From a virus (Duplodnaviria > Caudoviricetes): 26,659 nt of DNA. This document shows positions 6,917 to 15,146 of the stretch, piece by piece. Numbering within the stretch: position 1 is the first letter of the stretch; the number at the start of each line of letters is the position of its first letter. The DNA is taken from IMG/VR virus record IMGVR_UViG_3300027892_000131, positions 1-26,659 of that record; one strand, 5' to 3'. The position numbers and the translations under genes were made by a program. The notes under the pieces were generated by a model that saw nothing but the letters and a program-made list of their open reading frames with translations, had not been told where the DNA came from and did no database searches.

Positions 6917-7017
6917 AATACCTAAAAGGGTATAATGTGTCATAAAAAGGACAAAACTATACCCCAATGGGTATTATATTACCATTTATTCAAAGGAATA
7001 ATGTGTTATGTAACACA
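6917..7017. promoter_or_regulatory. array of palindromic sites including two TATACC-N6-GGTATA-type operators
   Basis: AATACCtaaaagGGTATA (6917-6934), TGTC-N8-GACA (6938-6953), TATACCccaatgGGTATT (6958-6975), TTATTC-N4-GAATAA (6986-7001), TGTGTTA-N2-TAACACA (7002-7017). Confidence 0.6.
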
Positions 7018-7031
7018 CAAAAACTATTCAA

Positions 7032-7427
7032 ATGACAAAACATCCAAATTATGATTTATTTTCTGATGAAGATAGAATGAATATAGATTCGATTAAATTT
7101 TGTTCAGAACCATATATGTATAATGGTGAAATTATAGGATATCCTTTTAATTTAATTGATGCAATAGCTGCATTTGGAAAAGAAATTATTCCAGATGTAC
7201 AAGGTATATATCATTTATTTTATAAAGATATGTTGGTTTACGTAGGAATGAGTAAAAACTTGAGAGGAAGACTATTACAACACATGAAAGACGAATCAAA
7301 AGTGTTTCAAAATGTACTTTGGTTTTGCTGTGAAAAAAAAGGAATTGCAGAAATTCTCGAATATGAGTATAAAATGATCAAGAAGTTCAAACCTTCATTA
7401 AATGTAATGCATGCAAATTGTAAATAA
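7032..7427 (+). CDS. small free-standing GIY-YIG nuclease-family protein
   Basis: GIYHLFYKDMLVYVGMSKNLRGRLLQH...EYKMIKKFKPSLN covers the GIY-YIG motifs, including the conserved R, E and N. Confidence 0.85.
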   Translation: MTKHPNYDLFSDEDRMNIDSIKFCSEPYMYNGEIIGYPFNLIDAIAAFGKEIIPDVQGIYHLFYKDMLVYVGMSKNLRGRLLQHMKDESKVFQNVLWFCCEKKGIAEILEYEYKMIKKFKPSLNVMHANCK

Positions 7428-7430
7428 ATT

Positions 7431-7724
7431 ATGGAAAAGATAAACAGAGAAACTATAGCTGAGCACCTCATCAGATATCAACTAGAAATGGTTGGTAAGA
7501 CATGGGAAGATGCTCAAGCTGATGAACAATGGTATTATAACATCACTATGACAGAAGAGCAATTTGATAAGTTTATGAAATATGCTCTTCCGTTGGTTAA
7601 GAAGGTTTTTAGATGTAATAAAGCCAGAGCGCAAAAAACAATGGATTGGTTCAATTTACAATTTGGACTAAGAATATTCCCTATTCCAGCAAAATTTAAA
7701 ACACAAGAAGATGAAACCACTTAG
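7431..7724 (+). CDS. hypothetical phage protein
   Basis: ORF track; tightly packed. Confidence 0.8.
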   Translation: MEKINRETIAEHLIRYQLEMVGKTWEDAQADEQWYYNITMTEEQFDKFMKYALPLVKKVFRCNKARAQKTMDWFNLQFGLRIFPIPAKFKTQEDETT

Positions 7725-8037
7725 TTTTGTTTATGTAGCAATAGACAATGATAATATTCCAATTGCTACGTCAGATGACATCAATGAACTATTATTAGCT
7801 GTAGACTATCATCATGGAGCACATGAGAAGTTTAAAAATGAATCAACTAGAGTTAGTTGGCAACCTTTTTACAGTAAATATCCAAGTGAGTATGAAGGAA
7901 AGTTAACATACGATTGTCCTACATACATAGATGACGCAAGAGAGATAGTTGAAGTTAGAATTTATACAGTTGATCACTTTAATAAAAAGAAAAATGACAC
8001 AGGAACAACTACTGCAGAAGTATCCAAAGATTTTTAA
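7711..8037 (+). CDS. hypothetical protein
   Basis: ORF track; short overlaps with both neighbours. Confidence 0.75.
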   Translation: MKPLSFVYVAIDNDNIPIATSDDINELLLAVDYHHGAHEKFKNESTRVSWQPFYSKYPSEYEGKLTYDCPTYIDDAREIVEVRIYTVDHFNKKKNDTGTTTAEVSKDF

Positions 8038-8443
8038 GCCCTATGCTGGCAATCCAAGAGGTGTTAATTGGTCTGGTTTACCAGATGGATGGATTAGTAT
8101 TGTTGATAAGCTATGTGGCTCTATACAAGACTATGTAGACAACACCTATGATTGGATAAATGGTGAGAAAGAAGTTAGAGGACAAGTGAGATGTACACAA
8201 ATGAAAGAGAAATTTGGTGGACTAAGATTTTACACAGACAGTGAAGATGATGTTATAGAAGGAATGATTAGGATGGCTGAGTTTCTTTGTGAGAATACAT
8301 GTCAAGAATGTGGTTCTGAAGAAGAAATTGGTAAGACAAGAGGTTGGATTTATACAATTTGTAAAACATGTGCTAACAATAGGAACGAAACATCATGGCA
8401 ATCATTAGAAGATTTAAAAACGCTATCAGGCAGTTCTCTATAG
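7994..8443 (+). CDS. conserved hypothetical protein with KEKFGGLRFY motif and C-terminal CxxC...CxxC zinc finger
   Basis: GW..I...L, QMKEKFGGLRFY, TCQECG...GWIYTICKTC; start moved from 7949 to the ATG at 7994 (MTQEQLL) after an A-rich leader. Confidence 0.8.
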   Translation: MTQEQLLQKYPKIFKPYAGNPRGVNWSGLPDGWISIVDKLCGSIQDYVDNTYDWINGEKEVRGQVRCTQMKEKFGGLRFYTDSEDDVIEGMIRMAEFLCENTCQECGSEEEIGKTRGWIYTICKTCANNRNETSWQSLEDLKTLSGSSL

Positions 8444-8769
8444 GTGTAAGTAATATAATTAAATGGATCCCAGTTCTCTATAAAGACAGAGACTGGGATT
8501 TTTATTTTGTATATAACATTCTACAGAAGAAGCTAGAATTCACAGAGAAAGCTATTCGTAACAGTAGCTTAGAAAACGGTGGAATGTATGCAAATAAGAT
8601 TAGGACAGCCATTAAGCTTATTGAGATAGTCAGGGATGAGAAATACGTTGACGAAGTGCTCATGGAAGATGACTGGTCTAAGATTAAGAATGCAATATCT
8701 AAGCAAAACAAAGCAAAGAAACTATTATTTAACTATCTACACCATTACATTGAGCAATGGTGGAGCTAA
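8395..8769 (+). CDS. hypothetical phage protein
   Basis: ORF track; W...LYKDRDWD...WW C-terminal pattern. Confidence 0.8.
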   Translation: MAIIRRFKNAIRQFSIGVSNIIKWIPVLYKDRDWDFYFVYNILQKKLEFTEKAIRNSSLENGGMYANKIRTAIKLIEIVRDEKYVDEVLMEDDWSKIKNAISKQNKAKKLLFNYLHHYIEQWWS

Positions 8770-8779
8770 AACAAGATTT

Positions 8780-9331
8780 ATGGGATCACATTGGTTTAGA
8801 AACAATTCAAGAGGTAAGAGTGTTCAAGATGCTTACAACACTGCTGTAGATGATGCTAATGATGAATATGGTCATCAAGAAGGTTATAGTGGTGAAATTA
8901 ACTCTTCTGGAGGTTATAGAGATATAACTAAAGAGTGGAAAGCTAGTAAAAAGTCTTTAGAGGTTTTTATAGCACAGCAACAAGATAGTCTTACAAAGTT
9001 TGATGGTGCTAGAGCTATTTGTATTCAAGAACCTATAGCTAATAAGAATGTCACCAAGAGTCAAGTGGAACATATTGTTACGCCTGGTACAAAGAAATGG
9101 GTTCTTAAGTATGTTGTTAGTGGATATGATGGAGAGATTAGTTCTCATGATACTAAGGGTAGTGCTGTAACAGCTGCAAGAGCTTATACAGAGAAGTATT
9201 TATCTAGTACAGTGATACAAATGGAGAAGAGAATTGAGAAATCTAATGCCATTGTAGCTAAAATAACATACAAAAGATCTTCTACAGAAAAAGATGGTAG
9301 ATGGATATTCTTTGGTTGGGCATCATGTTAA
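8780..9331 (+). CDS. hypothetical phage protein
   Basis: Start likely the ATG at 8780 (MGSHWF), just after the upstream stop; contains EYGHQEGYSGEI and ends WIFFGWASC. Confidence 0.8.
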   Translation: MGSHWFRNNSRGKSVQDAYNTAVDDANDEYGHQEGYSGEINSSGGYRDITKEWKASKKSLEVFIAQQQDSLTKFDGARAICIQEPIANKNVTKSQVEHIVTPGTKKWVLKYVVSGYDGEISSHDTKGSAVTAARAYTEKYLSSTVIQMEKRIEKSNAIVAKITYKRSSTEKDGRWIFFGWASC

Positions 9332-9342
9332 AATTTAAATTT

Positions 9343-9513
9343 ATGAATGAAGATTATGAAAGGGATTTTCTCAAGGATTTGATATATTTGCAAGAGGAGA
9401 TTATTGATTTGAATAAAGAAATGAATGAACGCCTTGAAGCAAACATATTTATAATAGATGAGGATAAAATTTTAAACGATGGCAAGATTAGATCTAACCT
9501 ACTCCCATTTTGA
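9343..9513 (+). CDS. hypothetical acidic protein
   Basis: Frame of track ORF 9301..9513; the ATG at 9343 avoids overlap with the upstream gene. Confidence 0.6.
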   Translation: MNEDYERDFLKDLIYLQEEIIDLNKEMNERLEANIFIIDEDKILNDGKIRSNLLPF

Positions 9514-10114
9514 GGATCTTTTGAAGAACGGATATAGCCTTGATATGATCTTTATTCTTAAGCTTATTCATAAGGAGAAATGTAATATCAAAGACTTATG
9601 TGCAGACAATCCAAAAATATCTGTCATCTATCAAACTCTTGTTAGGAAAGGTCTTATTTCTGAGGATTCTAAAGTGTTGTTACAGGGGAAGTCTATATTA
9701 GACTTCCTCTCAACTCCTTTGGAAGAGAAGAAATTTGATAAGAAAGAGACAATAAGTGATGATAAGTTTGCTCTGTGGTGGTCTAGCTTTCCAGGAACAG
9801 ATACATTCACACACAAGGGTGTTAGTTTCTCAGGATCTCGTAGTCTAAAGATAAACAGAGATGAATGTAAAATTAGACTAACTAAGATTTTAGAGGAAGG
9901 TGAATACACTATTGAGCAATTGGTTGATGCTCTTAAGTTTGATGTTCTTCAGAAGAAAGAAAACTCTGTAAAGCATTTAACTAACAAACTATCGTATATG
10001 CAGGGAAGTCTTACGTATTTGAATCAAAGAAGCTATGAACCGTTCATAGAACTGATTAAAGAAGGACAAAAGGTTGTTGAAACAACAGTTGTACAAGGAG
10101 GTACAGATATATGA
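9479..10114 (+). CDS. putative replication initiator or helicase-loader-like protein
   Basis: Winged-helix-like N-terminal half (YQTLVRKGLI); F..WW..FP and TYLNQ motifs as in phage replisome-organizer C-terminal domains; lies upstream of the DnaB-like helicase. Function is inferred. Confidence 0.5.
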   Translation: MARLDLTYSHFEDLLKNGYSLDMIFILKLIHKEKCNIKDLCADNPKISVIYQTLVRKGLISEDSKVLLQGKSILDFLSTPLEEKKFDKKETISDDKFALWWSSFPGTDTFTHKGVSFSGSRSLKINRDECKIRLTKILEEGEYTIEQLVDALKFDVLQKKENSVKHLTNKLSYMQGSLTYLNQRSYEPFIELIKEGQKVVETTVVQGGTDI

Positions 10115-10485
10115 CAGCTAATGATGTATTTGACAGAATCAGAGAATGGGTAGATGATATAGAACTGATGGAAGAAACAGATTCAGTTAAGATTGATGCA
10201 CTGAAAGAAGAGATGTTTCGTTTAGAGAGAATAGAAAACTCTAAAATGACAGATAGGATGATACTTTCATTAATATCTTCTTATCTAAGACACGTAATAA
10301 ATCCTCAACTCAGTGTAGACTTAGATGATTTAGCTCATCTAGATCCTTCAGATCTTATTGATTATGAAATTCCTAAAGAACTATTCAAGATGATAGAATA
10401 TTCCAAAGCTGATTTAGAACATTTAGCCGATTTGTTATCAGAAGTTATACGAAAGATGGAAGACAAGAAAATAGATAACATATGA
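10111..10485 (+). CDS. hypothetical acidic helical protein
   Basis: ORF track; ATGA overlaps on both sides. Confidence 0.75.
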   Translation: MTANDVFDRIREWVDDIELMEETDSVKIDALKEEMFRLERIENSKMTDRMILSLISSYLRHVINPQLSVDLDDLAHLDPSDLIDYEIPKELFKMIEYSKADLEHLADLLSEVIRKMEDKKIDNI

Positions 10486-11546
10486 GTTTTGAATTACTAA
10501 GAAAGGAAGTTGACAAGGGCTTGAGTGCTAAGAGCAATGGTATACCTATGGGTTTTGATAGACTCAATAGGTATATTGGTATTAGGAAGGGAATGTATTT
10601 CTTAGTGGGTGGTCTCACTGGTTCAGGTAAGACAAGTTTTATTGATGATTGTTTTGTTCTTAATCCATTTGATTGGTATACATCTGCAGCTAATAACACA
10701 AACATTAAGCTTAAGATTATATATCGTTCTATGGAGAGAGGTACAACATACAAGATGGCTAAATGGGTTGGTAGAAGAATCTTCTTAGATCATGGTGTAA
10801 TTATTACAGTTCCTAAGCTTCTTGGTTGGACAGAAAAGATGACAAAGGATGAACACGATCTGTTTCTTATGTATGAAGAGTATATAAATAAGATGAGTGA
10901 TGTAATTACAATCATTGATGGTCCAGAGAATCCTGTAGGAATTGCTAAGGAACTAAAAGCACATGCGTTACAGAATGGACACATAGAGCAATTAGATGAG
11001 TTTAATAAGCGTTATGTACCAAACGATGAGAACACTGTAACTATTGTTGTTATAGACCATATAGGCTTGTTAAAGACTACTAAGGACCAAACAACTAAGA
11101 AAGAGGCTATTGATAAAATGTCTGATGAACTTAGGTATGCTAGAGATTTCTTTGGATATACGCCTGTAGTTGTTAGTCAGTTCAATAGATCTATTTCTAA
11201 TATACAGAGAATTAAGAATGGTGATGTAGAACCTCAGTTGGAGGATTTTGCAGAATCAAGTTCTACACAGAATGACGCAGATGTTGTTCTTGCATTGTTT
11301 GATCCTATGAGATATAAAGTGGCAGATCCTTCTTTCTATGAGCTAGATAAGCTTAAGGATAGATATGGTGCTAAGTATTTCAGAAGTCTTAGGCTTATTA
11401 AAAATAGCTATGGTGAGGATGATGTGAGAATAGGTCTCGGGTTTTTAGGCAGTATAGGTATGTTCAAAGAACTTCCTAAACAACCAGACATGACAGATTC
11501 TATATATGAATCTATTACTAACAAATCATTTTTCTTAAGCAAATAA
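10482..11546 (+). CDS. dnaB: DnaB-like (SF4) replicative helicase
   Basis: GIPMGFDRLN, Walker A GGLTGSGKT, SME, Walker B IVVIDHI, SQFNR, QNDADVV, IKN. Confidence 0.88.
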   Translation: MSFELLRKEVDKGLSAKSNGIPMGFDRLNRYIGIRKGMYFLVGGLTGSGKTSFIDDCFVLNPFDWYTSAANNTNIKLKIIYRSMERGTTYKMAKWVGRRIFLDHGVIITVPKLLGWTEKMTKDEHDLFLMYEEYINKMSDVITIIDGPENPVGIAKELKAHALQNGHIEQLDEFNKRYVPNDENTVTIVVIDHIGLLKTTKDQTTKKEAIDKMSDELRYARDFFGYTPVVVSQFNRSISNIQRIKNGDVEPQLEDFAESSSTQNDADVVLALFDPMRYKVADPSFYELDKLKDRYGAKYFRSLRLIKNSYGEDDVRIGLGFLGSIGMFKELPKQPDMTDSIYESITNKSFFLSK

Positions 11547-11547
11547 C

Positions 11548-11745
11548 ATGAAGATAAAGATCTTAACAATGTCCACTACTCCTAAAGATGGTTGGTGGCA
11601 AATTGTATTTATTCCTACAGCAGCAATGTATTCAAACACCTATGGTGATGAGAAACATGTTGCTATTAATTTTGAGTGGTTATTTTGGTCATTAACAATT
11701 TTAACATATACAGAAGATGACAAAGGAGCAATATATCACCCTTAG
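11548..11745 (+). CDS. small Trp-rich protein
   Basis: ORF track; IVFIPT...FEWLFWSLTI resembles the 42-aa ORF at 3738. Confidence 0.7.
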   Translation: MKIKILTMSTTPKDGWWQIVFIPTAAMYSNTYGDEKHVAINFEWLFWSLTILTYTEDDKGAIYHP

Positions 11746-11968
11746 ATCAGATGCTAATGCAGCCAATCTCATCTATCATCATTACACAATCAATTTTGAT
11801 AGTAGGGTGCATAAAGGAAACATGCTTGGCTTTCAAGAATGTCTCATCTATCTACAGATGTGGGGAAATGTGAATGAAATTTTCCAAAAACTAAGAGATG
11901 TATATGATGCTAAGTTTGAAATTATTATTCTTGCAGATGCTAATGGTAACATAATCAAATACTTATGA
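11717..11968 (+). CDS. hypothetical protein
   Basis: ORF track; ATGA overlap with the helicase. Confidence 0.75.
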   Translation: MTKEQYITLRSDANAANLIYHHYTINFDSRVHKGNMLGFQECLIYLQMWGNVNEIFQKLRDVYDAKFEIIILADANGNIIKYL

Positions 11969-13038
11969 CACTACGTGATAAACGACAAATGGAGTTTGCA
12001 GAAGTTTGGTTAACTAGTAAGTGGGGAATTCTTAATTTATGTCCAAGGTTTGGTAAAATACGTACAACCATCAACATTCTTAAGAAGATTAAAAATAATA
12101 GTGTTCTTATTGCCTATCCAGATAACAAGATTAAAGACAGTTGGAAGGATGATTTTGAAAAGTGTAAGTATGATGATGAGAATGTAACTTACACCACTCA
12201 CTTATCATTACACAAGTATCAAGACAAATCATTTGATATTGTCATCATAGATGAAATACATCTATTGTCAGAAGCTCAAATAGAGGCTTGTAAGACACTT
12301 CTTGAGAACAATGATAGAGTGTTAGGTCTCACTGGTACACTGTCTAGAACCACTGAATCTGCGCTTCTCAATGAGCTTGATTTACATGTTGTTGCAACAT
12401 ATACAATTGAGCAAGCAATTAGTGAAGGTGTTATTGTAGATTATCAAATCACTGTTGTCAAGGTTCCATTGGATGATGTAACAATTAATGATTACAAGGG
12501 TAAGAAGAGAACAGAGAAGAAACAATTTGATAGCTATGCTTGGGTGATTAATAATCTTGAGAGACAAGGAGGAAACACAATGTTCCTTAGACTTGCCAGG
12601 ATGAGAATTATACAGAGTAGCTTAGCTAAGTTGAACATGACTAAGAGAATATTAGATGCTCATAAGGATGAGCGTATTCTTGTGTTCTGTGGTACAACTA
12701 AAATTGCTGATTCTTTAGGAATAGCATCACATCATAGTAAGTCTGCTGATAAGGAAACCTTTACAGAGTTTACAGAAGGAGAAGGAAATCACATGGCTGT
12801 AGTGAAGATAGGTAACACAGGTGTTACATATAAACCACTCAATCGTGTAATCATTAACTACTTTGATAGTAATGGAGAAAACCTAGCTCAGAAGATTAAT
12901 AGATGTATGGCTATGGAATATGACACTCCAGATAAGAAAGCTCATATATACATCATTAGTTCTGATGAAGATGTAGAGCTTAAATGGTTAAAGAAAGCAT
13001 TAGAATTTTTTGATAAAAGTAAAATCAATTATTTATGA
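11965..13038 (+). CDS. superfamily 2 (DExH) helicase-like protein
   Basis: Q motif LRDKRQ, motif I PRFGK, motif II IIDEIH, motif III LGLTGT, ILVFC, motif VI-like QKINR. Confidence 0.85.
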   Translation: MTLRDKRQMEFAEVWLTSKWGILNLCPRFGKIRTTINILKKIKNNSVLIAYPDNKIKDSWKDDFEKCKYDDENVTYTTHLSLHKYQDKSFDIVIIDEIHLLSEAQIEACKTLLENNDRVLGLTGTLSRTTESALLNELDLHVVATYTIEQAISEGVIVDYQITVVKVPLDDVTINDYKGKKRTEKKQFDSYAWVINNLERQGGNTMFLRLARMRIIQSSLAKLNMTKRILDAHKDERILVFCGTTKIADSLGIASHHSKSADKETFTEFTEGEGNHMAVVKIGNTGVTYKPLNRVIINYFDSNGENLAQKINRCMAMEYDTPDKKAHIYIISSDEDVELKWLKKALEFFDKSKINYL

Positions 13039-13250
13039 AAGTAGAATTTATTAGAGAGACAACTTTTGCAGATGAGCCTTGGTTTTCTGTTTATGTAGAT
13101 GGTGTTTACAAAACTGGAAGCTATCATGAAGAGAACATTAAGAAGATTTATGATGGAATTATTGCTAATCCAGAGTTGTTAACAAAGCAAAAAGAAGTTT
13201 TATATTCTGCAGAAATATTCGTATCTTCGGGAGACATTAAAACACAATAA
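13035..13250 (+). CDS. hypothetical protein
   Basis: ORF track; ATGA overlap. Confidence 0.75.
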   Translation: MKVEFIRETTFADEPWFSVYVDGVYKTGSYHEENIKKIYDGIIANPELLTKQKEVLYSAEIFVSSGDIKTQ

Positions 13251-13255
13251 TAAAC

Positions 13256-13927
13256 ATGGCAAGCAAATTAATCGGGATTGTTGGTGCTACAGGCACAGGT
13301 AAATCCACATCAATTAAACATTTAGATCCTAAGGAAACCTACATTATTAATGTAGCAAAGAAGGAACTTCCTTTCAAGGGATCAGAAAAGCTGTACAACA
13401 CAGAAAACAAGAATTACAAGGAAGTGGATGATGCTATTGAGATCACTAAACTTCTTAAGACTATTTCAGAGAAAGCTCCTCACATTAAGAACATCATCAT
13501 CGAGGACAGTAATTACATCATGGGTTTTAACATTGTATCTAAAGCTACAGAAGTTGGTTATGCCAAATTCAGTTTAATGGCTAAGGATATGGTGGAATTA
13601 TTCAGAGAAGCTAGAAGGCTTAGAGATGACATTAAAGTGTTCTATCTAACACATCCTGAAACTATTGAAGATGGTGGTGACATCATTGGATATAAGATTA
13701 AGACAGCAGGTAAGTTGATTGATAATCAAGTCTTGTTGGAGGGATTGTTAACAGTTTGTCTCTATACACATGTAGAAGAGAGTAAGGATGGTGTTGTAAC
13801 TTACAGCTATCTTACAAACAGGTTTAAGAAATATCCAGCTAAGAGTCCAGATGGTATGTTTAATGAAATCAAGATACCAAACGATCTTAGTTACATTGCT
13901 AAAAAATTAGACGAGTATTATAGTTAA
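13256..13927 (+). CDS. Sak4-like / AAA_24 P-loop ATPase (phage recombination)
   Basis: Walker A GATGTGKST, Walker B IIIEDS, LTH, KTAGKLID, AKSP.GMF...IPND. Confidence 0.82.
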   Translation: MASKLIGIVGATGTGKSTSIKHLDPKETYIINVAKKELPFKGSEKLYNTENKNYKEVDDAIEITKLLKTISEKAPHIKNIIIEDSNYIMGFNIVSKATEVGYAKFSLMAKDMVELFREARRLRDDIKVFYLTHPETIEDGGDIIGYKIKTAGKLIDNQVLLEGLLTVCLYTHVEESKDGVVTYSYLTNRFKKYPAKSPDGMFNEIKIPNDLSYIAKKLDEYYS

Positions 13928-13951
13928 TAAACAATAAAAACAAAGAAAACA

Positions 13952-14194
13952 ATGATGACAGAATTAGAAAAAATCATGGACCAGTATCACAAAATTATAG
14001 ATGAACTTGTAGAGTCAACAGACATGAGTGTAGAAACTGCATACACTGTTGCATTAAAACTTCAAGAAAATGCTTTACGTTCAGAATATAATCAAATGTA
14101 TGCATCAGCAAATGTAATTTGTACAGGACAATTAGTACCTTCAGCATTAGAGAAAATTGCAATGGAATTAACAAAATTTAACGATAACAATTAA
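13952..14194 (+). CDS. hypothetical protein flanked by a duplicated leader
   Basis: ORF track; near-identical 21-nt leader/start sequences at 13935-13955 and 14192-14212. Confidence 0.75.
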   Translation: MMTELEKIMDQYHKIIDELVESTDMSVETAYTVALKLQENALRSEYNQMYASANVICTGQLVPSALEKIAMELTKFNDNN

Positions 14195-14208
14195 AAACAC
14201 AGAAAACA

Positions 14209-15084
14209 ATGAGTAACATTGGAGGAAAGAAAAAAGAACAAGGACAAGGACAAGGAACAGAGTATGCAAAGAAGGTTGGTCTATTTGAGGCTAACGTAAT
14301 TGCTATCAATCCCACAGAAGAAGAGTATAATGACATTCTAGGGATGGAATTGAAAGAAGGCAGTAAAGCTGTTGAGTATTTATCTACAAGCAAAGAAGGC
14401 AACACCACTCTTCGTGTTGATGTTTGGCTTGAAGAAGTTAAGACTAAGACTAAGTTTAAATCTACATTCTTCTTAGAGAACAAAGAGAAGGTTAACAAGG
14501 ATGGTACAAAGAAGCAATACATCAACAATGTTGGTTCTTGCTCTTGGGCATCTGATGCTAATGATCTTCCTACATGGTTTGCTACTAGAGATTATCGTGT
14601 AGCATTTGTAGGTGAAGAAGAATTGTATACATTCATGAAGCTTTGGTTAGGTGAACTTGATTATCGTGATGCAGATACAACTCTTCAGCTTGAGTGGAAA
14701 TCTGTTATGAAGGGTAATCTTAAGGATTTGAAATATCAACTTAATGGTGATTATGCTACAACAGTTGGTGGTGTTGCTACAATTAGGTCTGTAGAGAAAG
14801 ATGGTGAAACTAAAGAATATCAAGGTGTATATAACAAAGGATTCTTTGGAGCATACAACTTGAAATACTTCAGACTTATGGATTATAGCAGTGCATCTGT
14901 TCTTAATGCTTTGAGAGGTAAGAAGAGTAAAGATTTGAAGCCTCATGAGAGATTTGTTCTTAATGTCACTGGTGAATATGGTTGTAAAGACTTCTATATT
15001 CTTAAGGACATGAAAGACTACAGTGCTAATGATAACTTAGTTGCATCTAACGCTGTTATTTCTGATGATGGTGCTGATTATTAA
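14209..15084 (+). CDS. putative single-stranded DNA-binding protein
   Basis: Lies between the Sak4-like ATPase and the primase; acidic-aromatic C-terminal tail (SDDGADY). Function inferred from context. Confidence 0.55.
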   Translation: MSNIGGKKKEQGQGQGTEYAKKVGLFEANVIAINPTEEEYNDILGMELKEGSKAVEYLSTSKEGNTTLRVDVWLEEVKTKTKFKSTFFLENKEKVNKDGTKKQYINNVGSCSWASDANDLPTWFATRDYRVAFVGEEELYTFMKLWLGELDYRDADTTLQLEWKSVMKGNLKDLKYQLNGDYATTVGGVATIRSVEKDGETKEYQGVYNKGFFGAYNLKYFRLMDYSSASVLNALRGKKSKDLKPHERFVLNVTGEYGCKDFYILKDMKDYSANDNLVASNAVISDDGADY

Positions 15085-15100
15085 TCGTTACTAAATAATG

Positions 15101-15135
15101 AAAGCCTTCTATTGAATAAATAGGAGGCTTTTTTT
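15101..15135 (+). terminator. intrinsic terminator
   Basis: AAAGCCTTCTATT / AATAGGAGGCTTT stem running into a T7 tract. Confidence 0.85.
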
Positions 15136-15142
15136 ATATTTG
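15112..15142 (+). promoter_or_regulatory. candidate Bacteroidetes-type promoter overlapping the terminator
   Basis: TTG (15112-15114)-N20-TATATTTG (15135-15142), ending 4 nt before the primase ATG. Confidence 0.45.
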
Positions 15143-15146
15143 CAAT

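Noticed and set aside
976-6975. CRISPR array from the TATACC...GGTATA repeats
   Set aside because: Only two imperfect 18-bp copies per locus, about 22-bp gaps, and no cas genes.
9383-13229. Isolated promoter-like octamers TATATTTG (9383-9390) and TATCTTCG (13222-13229)
   Set aside because: They lie inside coding regions without a clear -33 element and are expected by chance in AT-rich DNA.
14238-14257. ACAAGG tandem repeat (QGQGQG)
   Set aside because: Only three units, in frame within a flexible N-terminus; no sign of phase variation.
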